DNA of 64,000 bases from Candidatus Latescibacterota bacterium. GTDB taxonomy: Bacteria > Latescibacterota > UBA2968 > SICM01. A program made the translations under genes and the position numbers. Within the stretch, counting starts at the first letter, position 1. Every line of letters begins with the position of its first letter. This document shows, in pieces, positions 45,472-56,849 of the stretch. A model generated the notes under the pieces. That model had not been told where the DNA came from. It searched no databases and saw nothing but the letters and a program-made list of their open reading frames with translations. The DNA lies in the NCBI GenBank assembly GCA_965217865.1, contig CBDCJO010000002.1, positions 544,001 through 608,000 of the forward strand, given 5' to 3'.

Positions 45472-45963
45472 GTGGGCACCTTTCTTTTTGCGATTACGGC
45501 CGTAATCGCCATAGTTCTGGCAATAGTCGCAGAATGTGGCGACAGAAAGTTTCGCACGCAGCGATTTGTGGCGTCATTTCTAGTCATTGGTGTGTTGGCC
45601 ACAGCGGCAGGAATTTATATTCACAAGTCACAGAGTCAAAAACCTAGTGAATCGGAGCGCCATAAAATTTATTTTGATAATACCCGTAGATTCCAGGACA
45701 AGTTTCTTCCTGGAGGCAAAGGGATAATTAGTGCTTTTTCATACCAAAGCATACTTGTGCTCAAAATTACCGATGAACTAGCCTATGGTTTTTTGAACGA
45801 TCGCCTCCTAGCTGAGAGAATACTTAGAAAATGGATGGATGGATGGAAGAATATTTCGGGTCACGATGTGGTAACAATCATCATAAAATTGGATGATATT
45901 GAAATCATCACCGCCCAAACTGCTGGTTTTTCAGGGGATGATCAAGTGGAGTTTAACCGATGA
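45472..45963 (+). CDS. Hypothetical membrane-anchored protein
   Basis: 163 aa, two N-terminal TM segments, low GC. Confidence 0.6.
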   Translation: MGTFLFAITAVIAIVLAIVAECGDRKFRTQRFVASFLVIGVLATAAGIYIHKSQSQKPSESERHKIYFDNTRRFQDKFLPGGKGIISAFSYQSILVLKITDELAYGFLNDRLLAERILRKWMDGWKNISGHDVVTIIIKLDDIEIITAQTAGFSGDDQVEFNR

Positions 45964-46228
45964 ACTGGGTTAAGCGAACGGACCCAGGGGAACTAGCAAG
46001 TCGCCATTAGGGGGGGGTTATATGCGGTCCCTCGGCAGAGAAGACGAGATAGCTTCATTCGACGAGCAGCAAGCGGCGCAACGCGACATCCAAGCTCTCC
46101 TGATCCCCCCAGGCTTGACCGATGAGCAGGTCCGAATGTGGGCATCGACTTGTCTGCTCGCCGCCCCTTTTGCCAACACCGTGATGCGGGACTCAGCGTG
46201 ACGGACGCCGCAAAGAAGGTCGGGAGGA

Positions 46229-47281
46229 ATGAGAATGAGAAAGTCTGTCTACGTGATACTGTCGGTTCTGATCGCCGGGATAGCATCGGCGAGGCCCAAG
46301 CCGATCGAGATACCGGAAGGTTACGAGCACGACAAGTGGAACACCGCACCTGACGATGCTATTCGTAAATTCGGGGCATTCACGAGTTCATTCGACACCG
46401 ACGCCGACACGGGCGATGGCGTAAATGACCTCTGGGGTATTCCCCAGTGGGTCGCCTACCACATGAAAGCGTTTCGAGGCTCGCCGAATACTGAGAACCG
46501 GCCGGCTTGGTTCACCGACAACGGACTAAAGAACCAGGGTTTCGCCCCAACGGACGATACCTATAAATACTCGAAGGCTTTTCGAAAAGCCCATCCCAAC
46601 TGGTACGTCCGCGGCCACCTCTGCATGAAGCTGCACGCTGCAAGGATCAGCCCCGAGGCCGAATGGAACACCCATACGATGCTGAACGCTGTGCCCCAGC
46701 GCCAGGAGTTCAATGCCGGTATCTGGCTGGATCTCGAGCACAAGACGGCAGATTGGGCTGATCTGTACGGCGAAGTTTGGATCATCGCAGGGCCGATCGT
46801 CGACCTGGATGAGCCGCCTGCCCTTCTGGGGGAACCGGACAAAGACGAGATGCTCATCGCCATCCCTGACGCTTTGTTCAAGATTGTCGTGCGCAGTTCT
46901 CCAGACGATCACCGTCCGGACGTTCTGGCCTTCATCTACCCACAGCAGGACGATGGTTATGATGACGGCCCTTACGATCACACCAAATACCTGGTCAGAG
47001 TTGACGACATCGAGGCTGCGACAGGCCTCGATTTCTTCACCAGTCTGTCTGAGGCTGACCAGACAGCAATCGAACGAAAGGCGGCCACGGGTCTTTGGGA
47101 GAAGATCAACATCAACACGGCAACCGCCAACCAGATCGAAACCATCGACGGAATCGGGGGAATTCTGGCCGGGAGGATTATCGAAGGCAGGCCATACAAA
47201 ACTCTTGAAGAGCTTTTAAATGTGAGAGGCATCGGACCGGCAAAACTGAATGTCATCCGGCCGCACGTAACCACAGACTAG
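46229..47281 (+). CDS. Secreted DNA/RNA non-specific endonuclease with C-terminal helix-hairpin-helix (ComEA-like) domain
   Basis: Signal peptide; PQWVAY, YVRGHLC, NAVPQ..FNAGIW..LE; KININTAT...IDGIG...VRGIG. Confidence 0.88.
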   Translation: MRMRKSVYVILSVLIAGIASARPKPIEIPEGYEHDKWNTAPDDAIRKFGAFTSSFDTDADTGDGVNDLWGIPQWVAYHMKAFRGSPNTENRPAWFTDNGLKNQGFAPTDDTYKYSKAFRKAHPNWYVRGHLCMKLHAARISPEAEWNTHTMLNAVPQRQEFNAGIWLDLEHKTADWADLYGEVWIIAGPIVDLDEPPALLGEPDKDEMLIAIPDALFKIVVRSSPDDHRPDVLAFIYPQQDDGYDDGPYDHTKYLVRVDDIEAATGLDFFTSLSEADQTAIERKAATGLWEKININTATANQIETIDGIGGILAGRIIEGRPYKTLEELLNVRGIGPAKLNVIRPHVTTD

Positions 47282-47589
47282 CACTTACCTTCTAAAGAGG
47301 GTGCGATCCATGGGGAGCTAATATCGAGTTGGTGGGCCAGGTGAGTTTCTTTCAGAGCGCGCCAGCGATCATCTTCTGTGGGGGCTTGTCTCAGAGGGGC
47401 TTGGGAGAATGGACAGACTGATTGGGGGAAAGCATGAGCGTTGAGCCAATCAGCATTATTGACCGCGATCGTGGCGGTGGGAGTGGTCTTGGCCGAGGCG
47501 GCGATGTTCGCCTGTCTGAGCTTCGCCCGCCTGCAAGGCGTCGAGGCTGATCGCGGGCGGCCCTAACTGCGGTGGGAAGGGCGGTACGA

Positions 47590-48187
47590 ATGTGCGTGTT
47601 TCTGGCAAATTGTCCATATTGCGGCACCAAAGAAGTTGCGTTCACGATTCTCTGTGAAAATCACTTGGATGGATCTCTCTGGGATACATTTGCTAAATGC
47701 GGTTACTGCGGCCATGGGATTGTCGCGACATTTAACGCGTTCGACGGGCAGGCTCCAAGTGCAAGCCTCACACTCCATCTTCTGGGAATTGCTCCGCCGC
47801 TTCCCGACACCGGTGCGCCGGACTATACTCCTGAAAATGTCGCGCGCTTCTTCGAGCAAGCTTATTGATAACCTGCCTAAAAACTGGGACGCCGCCGGCA
47901 GTATGTTCCGCAAGGCACTGGATACTGGCTTGAAAAGCAAGTTTCCCGAGATGAAAGGCATGTTGTACAATCGTATAGAGGAGGCTGCCAAGAAACAGGA
48001 TTTGACGCCCGCTTTGGCCGAATGGGCGCATCAGATACGGCTTGGCGGCAATGACGCCGCACATGAGGAAGAGCCAATTTCTAAAAATGATGCGGAGGAA
48101 TTATCCAAATTTACCAGGCTTGTTTTCCTCTACTTGTTCACACTGCCTGGCATGCTGGAGGAAGCTCAAAAGCGAACCGGAGAATAG
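47590..48187 (+). pseudogene. DUF4145 protein with N-terminal Zn ribbon, frameshifted
   Basis: CPYC, CGYC; AAGSMFRKALD, LYNRI, IRLGGNDAAH. Confidence 0.75.
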
Positions 48188-48234
48188 ACCGGTGATTTTG
48201 GAGGAAGCATGGAGCAGCGAGGGAATCAACATAC

Positions 48235-48445
48235 GCTGGCGGGCGTCGCAGATAAGGGGCTGTTCATCACCACAGGAGGGTTCACCAAGGATGCGGAGCG
48301 CGAGGCCGTGAGGGACGGGACGCCAGCGATTGATCTGGTCGACGGTATCGATCTTTGCATTCTTCTGAAGGATCTCGGACTGGGTGTGGGCACTGGGGCC
48401 GTCGAAGTTGTCAAGCCGAGGCCGGAATTCTTAGGGCCTTTGAGA
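48235..48445 (+). pseudogene. Mrr restriction endonuclease C-terminal fragment
   Basis: ADKGLFITTGGFTKDA..EA...IDLVDG. Confidence 0.8.
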
Positions 48446-48504
48446 CGCATAGCCGCACCTCACCGATCCCGGCGTAGGTCATGGAGCGGCGTTCTATAGC
48501 CGGA

Positions 48505-48645
48505 AAGAATGACGGTTTCGCCCGTATCGTATCGACCAATAACATCAAGAGCAGAGAATTCGCAATCTGGACGCGCTGGAACCGTTGGGTTATATCTGGA
48601 AGCCCCTCTACGGATCCGAGCCACCGGGACACAGCACCAGCGCCG
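48505..48645 (-). pseudogene. Dam-like adenine methylase fragment
   Basis: AVSRWLGSVEGLPDITQRFQRVQI, ALDVIGRYD. Confidence 0.55.
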
Positions 48646-49089
48646 AGGGCAGCAGTTCCTATCGCCAAGCGATTGACCCACTACAGCCCCTTTTTTATTA
48701 AGAGAAAGCTGCGAACCGCATAAAGAAAGCCAAAAATCGAGCATTAAAGAAGTATGTTAATAGCCCGGTCTTGTTTTTCTTGGGTTTGAACGTCTGTTAG
48801 GATTTCGTCGGGTTTGGGGGGTTCGCCTTCTCGAAGGGCGTCCTCGACATCACTCCACTCGCTGAAAAGGCCTCCCGCGTGTTCGGGTTGCCAAAGCTGG
48901 TCCCGCTTTGATCTCTAGCGGCTGCGGGTAGAACCCGAACTCCTTACGCATACTCTTTAGTCTCCCATGCTGGGCAGGCACCCACAGAGCGTGTCACTTT
49001 TCGCTTTGTTCTTTGTGAGGGGATCCGATCGAAATTTGAGGAACAACCCTGTGCAAAGTAGATTGCCCATGCACCGGAGCCCGCGATGC

Positions 49090-49450
49090 GGTGCCAGGAC
49101 GAGAAGCGCAGTCCCCACAGAGCCAGTAGAGCGACGTCAATCATGGCCTCTTGCAGCTCTGCCTCCGGCCATGTCTCTCGATAGGTTAAACGGGGCATGT
49201 CTGAAAAGTCCCTGTAGGGATAACCGTAATTTGCCGGCCAAACTTCTCTTAACGAATTGAGGTACTCAGACGTATAAACCTAGTCCCACCAGACTCTCAA
49301 ATAATCGCGTTTGAAAGTGGTTTCAAACCTCCGATGGCGGTCAATTCCTGTGCCGGCACCTCTTATGGAGACGGCCGGAAACTTCACTGAATTCCAACTT
49401 TCAGTGTCTCAAAATTGTTGACATGTTCCGTTCTGTGAGGTGAAAAATGA
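49090..49450 (-). pseudogene. ABC permease C-terminal remnant
   Basis: DFSDMPRLTYRETWP..EL parallels DFSDMPRFTYREAWP..EL in 37146..38249. Confidence 0.7.
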
Positions 49451-49539
49451 GCCTTCATGCGGGTCTTCGCTCTTGAACAGATTCGTCCCTACCTACAATT
49501 CACGGGTAGTTGCGTCCCACGATCTGTGATAATCTGGTA

Positions 49540-50043
49540 TTATCTGTGGTGCTTTTTTGCCGGATTAAGGTTAGCCACTCGTCTGCATCGGTTTTCAGTA
49601 AGAAATGTTTCCCTTTCGGCGTCCGTCCCCTTAACTGGATATAATTTTGTCTGCTCTCCAATTACCTTTGGAACGACATCCTTGAAGTCGTGCTTCAAAT
49701 CATTATCGTTCGTACAAAGAATTTTCGCCTTATAAGCAATGGCCAATGCAAGTGTCTGAGAATCATTCGACCTTAAGTTAAATCCCTCAATTGCATTCCT
49801 GGCTTCATCTATTTTATCAAGAGATGCCCTAATCGCTCTTCCTCTGCTTTGCCATGTTTCGAGCTTCTTCATGAAGCTCTTCGTCTTACGGGTTTCATCG
49901 CCAAGCTTCCCGTAAACTGTATAACACAACGTTCCATGCCCTTGCCCGATCCATGCTGTCAAGTAAGGATCTCTTTTTTTGCCGACTTTATCATCTAAAA
50001 CGATATTTGACACGTTGGTGTCCAAGATAAGCCGTTCACACAT
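49540..50043 (-). CDS. PIN-domain protein
   Basis: LILDTNV, SNDSQTLALA...ILCTNDNDL; starts 13 bp after the ATPase stop. Confidence 0.72.
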   Translation of the reverse strand: MCERLILDTNVSNIVLDDKVGKKRDPYLTAWIGQGHGTLCYTVYGKLGDETRKTKSFMKKLETWQSRGRAIRASLDKIDEARNAIEGFNLRSNDSQTLALAIAYKAKILCTNDNDLKHDFKDVVPKVIGEQTKLYPVKGTDAERETFLTENRCRRVANLNPAKKHHR

Positions 50044-50056
50044 GCGGTGTGCCTTA

Positions 50057-51292
50057 TTAAAATCCCAGGAATTCCTCGGTTTCACGCTCAAAAAATTCTC
50101 GATAATTCGCGGGAGCATCTATCAAATTCCCCTCCTCATCGATTTTAATCTCGTGAATGACCACGTCATTTCCTCTTTCCCTTTGTTCAAACCAAAAAAT
50201 TTCTACGTCGCCGGGTGTTACTTCACCCTTTCTCACACAGATACATAAACGATTAATGATATGGTCGGCATGGGTCTCGATTACATAGCGTCCTTCGGAC
50301 TCAGCTATAAACTGCGCGAGCAATGCCTGTGCCATGGGATGAAGGTGTGTTTCAGGTTGTTGCATCAAGATTGTCGCTCCGGAATCTTCGCCAATCAACT
50401 TCAGCATCGGTAAAACACAGTGTACGCCAAAACCGACATCCACAATGTTACGTCTACGGCCGAAAACGGTAACCTCAAGTGCGTAACCTCCACCCGGCTC
50501 GCGTTGAATATCAATGTCCGAGAAAAGTTTCAGTTGGCTTCCAGCTCTGGCAATGCGTTCCCGGGCCACTTCTAATTCATGCGTGCGGTCAAACCCACCC
50601 GGAAATAGCGGGTGATTAGTGTACTCTCTGCGAGGAGACAAAATTTGCGGAGAAATCGTGCGGATCTTAGGCTGCGATGCCGGAAGGGCTGACGACAATT
50701 TGGTGAGATGATTAACAAGACGCACGTAATGAGTTATTTCGGAATCCGAAGATTTATACCGCTTTACTTTTTTTAAAATCCCAATGTCGCCTCCATATGG
50801 CAATTGTTGATACCTCACCGCCATACCAAGCCATTGAGAGAACTGCCTGTAAGAAACGTTATTGGAATCGAGATTGAAAGCAAACGACGGGCTGGTCAGT
50901 TTCCAAATCCCCGCAGACCGCACGCGTTCAAATTGCAACTCCGGCATTCCTTGAGGCTTAACCATTGCCCTTTGTTCACAGAGGGTTCCATCCTTCGAAG
51001 CAAACTCGAACCTCATGTCTACTCCGTCAACACAACCACCTAGTATGAACGAGTCGGACTCCTGCCTCGCAATCGTTTCAAAAGTTCCCATGTCGATGAG
51101 ATCAATTTTAAATGGGTTGTAGGAACGTTCTTGGTTGCACGCCAAATGAGCAAATACAGAGCAACAGGCCAGAAAGGTAGTTTTTCCAGTGCTGTTTTCA
51201 CCTACAAGAAGCGTGATTCGAGGCAGTGTGACTGTTTGTTCGCCCGCAAAACAACGGATATCTTTAAGGGAAAGTTTGGTGATGGATGTCAT
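50057..51292 (-). CDS. ABC/AAA_21-type ATPase with DUF3696-like C-terminus
   Basis: GENSTGKT, DVGFG, LMQQPETHLHP, IETH, IDEEGNL...FF. Confidence 0.88.
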   Translation of the reverse strand: MTSITKLSLKDIRCFAGEQTVTLPRITLLVGENSTGKTTFLACCSVFAHLACNQERSYNPFKIDLIDMGTFETIARQESDSFILGGCVDGVDMRFEFASKDGTLCEQRAMVKPQGMPELQFERVRSAGIWKLTSPSFAFNLDSNNVSYRQFSQWLGMAVRYQQLPYGGDIGILKKVKRYKSSDSEITHYVRLVNHLTKLSSALPASQPKIRTISPQILSPRREYTNHPLFPGGFDRTHELEVARERIARAGSQLKLFSDIDIQREPGGGYALEVTVFGRRRNIVDVGFGVHCVLPMLKLIGEDSGATILMQQPETHLHPMAQALLAQFIAESEGRYVIETHADHIINRLCICVRKGEVTPGDVEIFWFEQRERGNDVVIHEIKIDEEGNLIDAPANYREFFERETEEFLGF

Positions 51293-52755
51293 TTGAACAA
51301 ATCCAGGAATTTGCGCAGGACTTCCGTGAAAAGGCTGCGCCAGCGCGTGGTGCCAAGGTCGTGAGAGCTCGGCTCAATGAACGGATACTGCGACGTGTCT
51401 CCCGCCCCTATTCGGTCATGTACTGAACAATGTGGTTTGCATGTCAAAGAATCAAAACGCTCCTGGTTTCCTCGGACAAAGTAATACGTCGTCTTAGCGC
51501 CTTTAGCAGGCCACCAGTCCTCAGCAATCAGGTAGCGGACCATTTCGATCACCAGCAAGCTACCTAGATTGGCGCTAAACGGGAAGACATTCTGATTGCG
51601 CAGTGTGACTGAAAACTCACCGTGCTGTTTCAGATATTCAGGGTTGTCAAGAGATCTATCCATCTCTTGAACAACCTCTGAACTGGAATACTGGCCGTCG
51701 CAACGGAGACAACGGTTGCCCGGCCCGGCGATTGACACGGTCCAATTTGCATGCGCGAGACGGCCGTCAGTTTTGTTATCTACAAACACGCCCCCAAAGA
51801 TGACCGGTATGCAGTGCGCATAGGCGATATGGTTGAGGAGGTCTTTTGCAAGGGGACGATCAACGCACGAGAACAGAAGGTCGCAGTCTAGCGCAGCTTG
51901 ATAACTGTAGTTATTCTGGAGATTGCCGACAATCGGAGCCACTTGGAAATCATTAGCGGTCGCCGCAAGCTTTGCGTGCTTTGCTGCGAGTTGCACTTTG
52001 TGAGTACCGATATCCCGGGGTGCCGCATTGAGAAGTCTGTCAAGATTATGCGTTTCTATCTTGTCGGAATCGATCAGAGTCAGATTCGCTATACCCATCC
52101 TTGCAAGCGCTTCTGCTACAACGGCTCCCACACTACCAAGACCAACAATACCGATACTGAGTCTTGCCATCCGTTGCTGCATCGCCAATCCCCAACTGTC
52201 AATCGTACGCTGCAGTTGCGGGCGTCGCCCATATGCGGGAAACATTGAATCATTGTACATCACCTTCATCGTGCCACCGTCCACGACCCGCACCTTGTGA
52301 CACCAAATGGGCCTACGCTGCTTCCGTTCGATCCAAAAGCGGGCACTCAGACTGCCATCTGTTCCCATTGTCAAACCGACAAGCGGTAACCCCGTGACTG
52401 CCGCAACCGGAGCAATTCTGTCCCGTTCCGCTACGATGTCTTCGTCGCTCATTCCTTGCCAGCCAACCGAGAGGTGGTTATGCATGAACGCGAGGCCCAT
52501 GTGCTGGTCAAGGGCTAGGCGCAAAGACCGGGAGAGGTATTCGGAGTCGAAAGCGGCATTGCCATGAAGCGTCCGCTCTCCTTCAATCGGCTTGATGATG
52601 TCTGAAACAATTGCGGAATATCTGGCTTTTCCCGTACTGGGCCGCCAGAGGCAAAAGCAGAGATCCTCCTGCCGTTTGGACGCACGGGTGTGCTGCAACA
52701 GATGGTCGCAGGTCTGTTTGTAGGTGTGCCAGGGAAGGACCGCATCATAGCTCAT
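51289..52755 (-). CDS. JAB-peptidase / E1 (ThiF) fusion protein
   Basis: N-terminal QEDL...FMHNH-x8-SDED (JAB-like); [29 protein letters not shown] (ThiF). Confidence 0.85.
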   Translation of the reverse strand: MSYDAVLPWHTYKQTCDHLLQHTRASKRQEDLCFCLWRPSTGKARYSAIVSDIIKPIEGERTLHGNAAFDSEYLSRSLRLALDQHMGLAFMHNHLSVGWQGMSDEDIVAERDRIAPVAAVTGLPLVGLTMGTDGSLSARFWIERKQRRPIWCHKVRVVDGGTMKVMYNDSMFPAYGRRPQLQRTIDSWGLAMQQRMARLSIGIVGLGSVGAVVAEALARMGIANLTLIDSDKIETHNLDRLLNAAPRDIGTHKVQLAAKHAKLAATANDFQVAPIVGNLQNNYSYQAALDCDLLFSCVDRPLAKDLLNHIAYAHCIPVIFGGVFVDNKTDGRLAHANWTVSIAGPGNRCLRCDGQYSSSEVVQEMDRSLDNPEYLKQHGEFSVTLRNQNVFPFSANLGSLLVIEMVRYLIAEDWWPAKGAKTTYYFVRGNQERFDSLTCKPHCSVHDRIGAGDTSQYPFIEPSSHDLGTTRWRSLFTEVLRKFLDLFK

Positions 52756-53234
52756 ACATCGGCCCAAAATCGACGCACGTGTTTGTTAAGAAAAGTCTTC
52801 ATGTTCTTGTGTTCGACCGGTAGGCTATCCCAGAAATCACTTGGCGGCACGCTGAACACACGCCACTTCGCCTCGCCCTCGTCGTGTGTCGAATGCGCTG
52901 TCCGATTGAGGGGCGGCGCATTGCAGATGTGGATGAAATTACGCCCGCACCGTCGAGGCGGAAACCATATGAAGGACCGGGTACAGCCTGGAATGGAGGG
53001 CGAAGGCCGAGAAAATGGAACACATGAAAAAGTGGAACAGCTTGGCCGAAGCCGTCCGCCTGGTCAACGGCGCCGGGATCCCCTCGGCCTTCGCTCTGGA
53101 AGGCGCACACACCGACAGGAATGGGCACGGTGTAATCATCTCCGACTCCGGGGGGTGTTGGATGCGCCTTCGGGCGATCGGGCCTTAGGAGCCGTATCCT
53201 TCTTCCGGCTATACCAGACACCGGTGAGCTCTTC

Positions 53235-53335
53235 GACCTGTTGGGAGGCCTGGAAATGTGATCGAAACGAGAAACACAGAACCGTTGATTGGCAGTTCAC
53301 GACCACCGACGCCCGCATCAAACTGAAGAAGCCGC
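53235..53335 (+). pseudogene. IS630 transposase C-terminal remnant
   Basis: AWKCDRN...[15 protein letters not shown]. Confidence 0.75.
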
Positions 53336-53339
53336 TAGG

Positions 53340-54639
53340 ACGTTACGACATCACCGGTGACGTTCTGGTAACGTCGCTTTCTACGACCGCGGCGGCGAGC
53401 GTGCTGGTTCTGTACCTCTGGCTGCTGGGCGGGCTTCTCGGCATCTGGTCGAAGACGGGCGCTGCGCAGGCCTTTGCCGAGTGTATGGCGCGCCGATTCG
53501 TGACCGGACCTCGTTCTGTCAAGCTGGTCGCTTGGCTGCTGGGGATCGTGTTTTTCCAGGGAGGAACGGTCAGTACGGTGCTGGTCGGAACGACGGTCAA
53601 GCCGCTGGCGGACGACCAAAGAGTCAGCCACGAAGAGCTTTCCTACATCGTGGACTCCACCGCCTCTCCGATCGCTTCGCAGTTGGCGTTCAACGCGTGG
53701 CCAGGCTACGTTCAGGCCTTTATCTACGTCGCGGGGGTCGGTTTCCTGGCGACGGAGACCGATCGTGTGCTGTTCTTTTTCAAGAGCGTGCCTTTTTGTT
53801 TCTACGCGATTTTCGCCGTGCTGGGGACGTTTCTGCTGAGCATCGAGAAACCGCTCTTTGTCGGGAAACGGTTGATGGCGGCCATCGACCGCGCTCGGCA
53901 AACAGGCCGATTGGACGCGCCCGAGGCAACTCCCCTGGCGGCCCGTGAACTCCACGACGTGCAGGTGCCGGAAAACTACAGGCCCCATCTGCTCGACTTC
54001 GTTTTACCCCTTGTGGTGCTGATCGCCATCGCGATCGGAACGTTTGTCGCTTTCGGCTCGCCTAACGTGTTATGGGCTTTCGGGTGTGCGCTCCTTCTGT
54101 GCGCGTTCATGGCCCTGGGCCGCGGGATGGCCTTGAAGGATCTGATCGACGGGATCACCGACGGGATGAAGGGGGTGGTCGGCGGCTCGGTCATTCTCCT
54201 TCTGGCCATCACGATCGGCGGCGTGAGCAAAGAGGCCGGCGGAGGCGCTTATCTCGTCGATCTGTTGAGCGCCCGCATTCCGTTCTGGGCGTTGCCCGTG
54301 ATGCTCCAGGCGTTGACGATCGTGATCGCTTTTTCGACCGGGACGAGTTGGGGGACCTACGCCGTCGCGTTTCCGCTGGCGATGCCGCTGGCCTGGGCCG
54401 TTGCCGGAGCGAACGGTCTGGCCCATCCGGAATTCTTCATGACGCTTTGCTTTGCAGCGGTCATGGACGGAAGTGTGTTCGGCGATCAGTGTTCTCCGAT
54501 ATCCGATACGACCGTTCTGAGTTCGATTTCCACGGGGTGTGACCTGATGGATCACGTCAAGACGCAAATCCCGCAGGCGAGTATGGCCGCCGGGTTGGCC
54601 GCGATCTGTTGGACGCTCGCGGCCCTGCTCTTCGCATAG
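53340..54639 (+). pseudogene. Na+/H+ antiporter NhaC family, 5'-truncated
   Basis: [49 protein letters not shown]. Confidence 0.9.
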
Positions 54640-55544
54640 GATCCTTTCCGCTCAATACATACGGTCTACCACAAAGGTTCACCTTGACTTTGTCGATAGC
54701 TCAACACGAGACGGAACTCGACCATCTCACTACCCCTCATGGGGATCAGAAACCGGCTGACCGGGCCGCATCGGCCTTCGTGCAACCTGCTCACTATCCC
54801 TCAAGGGGATCAGATAACAGGAAACGCCAACGGTTGGGCGTCCATGCCGTTATGTCGGCACCGATGTAAAAAAGGACGACCTGCCTGCGTCTCTCCGGGC
54901 GTGTAATTCGTGTACATCACCGCCATGTCTCCCCATTGCTGACGCAATGACCTTACCAGTCCGCTTCGCCGCCTCGACGAGATGCTCGTCGGAGGTGTGT
55001 GTAGCTGCGGTGGTTCGGTGCCGTCGGTGTCCGAGCAGGCAGCCGACGGGGGCAGGTTCTCGCCCGACATGACGGCGTGGCTGGCTACCGCGTGTGGCGG
55101 AATCACGAATCCACAGGTGCCGACTCCAACATCCTCGCACACTGTGAGGCTGTATGTGCCCCCGTTGCGGGTGTAGCGTGGGAGCAGGAACGCATCGGTG
55201 CTCCGCTCGCCGGGGAACGTGTCCAGAAAGGCCTTCGCGGCTCGAGATACCAGCCGCTTGACCGTCGGCATTCCTCTCTCGCTGGCTCAACGCGCATACT
55301 TGAGGCGGGCGATTCGCACCCATTATCCGCAAGCTGGCCTCGCACTGTAATGCGCGGGCATTTTTATGGAGACTGCCAGCGGCCTGCCGTCTACATCTCG
55401 ACTACATCGCACGCTTGAACACGAGAGGGGACGCCGGCTGGTTAAGAGCCTGCCAATAGTTCATGTTCCCGGCGTTCAAGACGATGTCGCGGCGCACATT
55501 CGGTAGGAGGTCAGCCCTTTATCGGGCTTAATTAAGTACCGTCT

Positions 55545-56050
55545 TTACCTCATCCTGTCAGCCCGGCACGGTCTTACGAAACGTAACCAGAATTTACGGA
55601 TCAACACCGGGAGCCCGACCAGGAGCAGATAAGGGACCAGAGCTCCAATCAGTACGACAGGTGGACCGAGCAACCCTCCGAATAAACTGAATAGGACCGC
55701 GAACGGAGTCGCCAGCGTCACACCGACCATCAAGGCGGTGCGCCAAGCTCCGGTACAGCCCTTCAAGAGGCGTTGCACCAGCAACCCCACCATCAGGCCG
55801 CACAGGAAGAACATAGCGAGCCCGAATAGTATTGCCGGTATCGCGAACAGGATGGCCGGGTTCCAACCCTCCCGGCTGCTGAATCGCACAATGGCCACCA
55901 GGATTTGCAGGATGCATAGGCCGGCGCCAAAGAGCACGGGCGTCTTCCAATAACGCCAGGAAAGTTTCGGTCTCGTGGTTGGTTTGGCGTTTCTTGAGGT
56001 TCTTATCGTTGGTGTTAAGCCCGTTGAAATCGCGTTTTCTTGTGCCCGAG
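55545..56050 (-). CDS. Hypothetical membrane protein (start uncertain)
   Basis: Four hydrophobic segments in ORF 55545..56216. Confidence 0.5.
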
Positions 56051-56419
56051 AACGAATAATCCCGTTCTCAACGGATCCGTCGCTGCTTGTCGTCTTCTTC
56101 CCGACTGCGGTTGAGACGGCGAACCGCCGGTCCTCCCGGTATGGGACCATCTGTCCCGATTTCAGCCGCCCCCAGTATTCGTTCAGAGTCGCCTTGATCT
56201 GCGGACTCAGGATCACGACCCCGATACGTGTCGACCCAACGGCAGATGGAATCCCTGGCTGCCTGTAGATGGGCAGAGACCTCCACTATACCGGCCCGGC
56301 CTTCTTCAGCAGCCGTCTTCGAGCAATCTCTCTTCAAGGGAAACCAACGAACACTGCGGAAAATATATGATAATTGGCGTATCCGGTCAATTCTTGAATC
56401 CCGTGTAGCCAATGAATCT

Positions 56420-56505
56420 GTTTCAAAGTCCGCTACGTGTTTCTTCACCGACAACTTCACACTTCCGGCACGGACCATCTCTGGGCTTTACAAGTGCCGG
56501 CGGCG
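56420..56505 (+). pseudogene. IS4-family transposase remnant
   Basis: FFTDNFTLPARTISGLYKCR resembles the IS4 FLTNN...IA.LY..R motif. Confidence 0.55.
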
Positions 56506-56849
56506 GGCCCAAGGCGCCGCCATCGCGCCTCCCGCCGACTACGTCCACCAACAGGGCCGGGTTCTGACAACGTTCCGCAACGCCCTCCGGCAACTCTTCC
56601 ATGCGCGAAACCTGGAGGGAGCCGTGGTGGACACGGTCATGCACGGCGGAGGTTACCGCCTGTCGAATCTCATGTTTTCTTACGCTATCATAAGCAGTAG
56701 GAATCAGGCCTGGAAAATCTTCCAGGAACATCGTTATATCCGTAGAACCTTGATCCATACCGCTCGTAGACTTGTGTAGAAGCACGTACGGTGGCGTGAG
56801 CATATCCAGAGCTTTTTTAGCATCGAGCAAACCATATCCCGAGGTTTCA

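Noticed and set aside
602-47274. Long antisense ORFs (e.g. 602..1489, 3565..4467, 21391..22452, 23595..24749, 40345..41163)
   Set aside because: These are shadow ORFs of high-GC genes on the opposite strand.
52690-53340. 649-aa ORF as a novel fusion to the antiporter
   Set aside because: The N-terminal part is read-through across IS630 and other debris.
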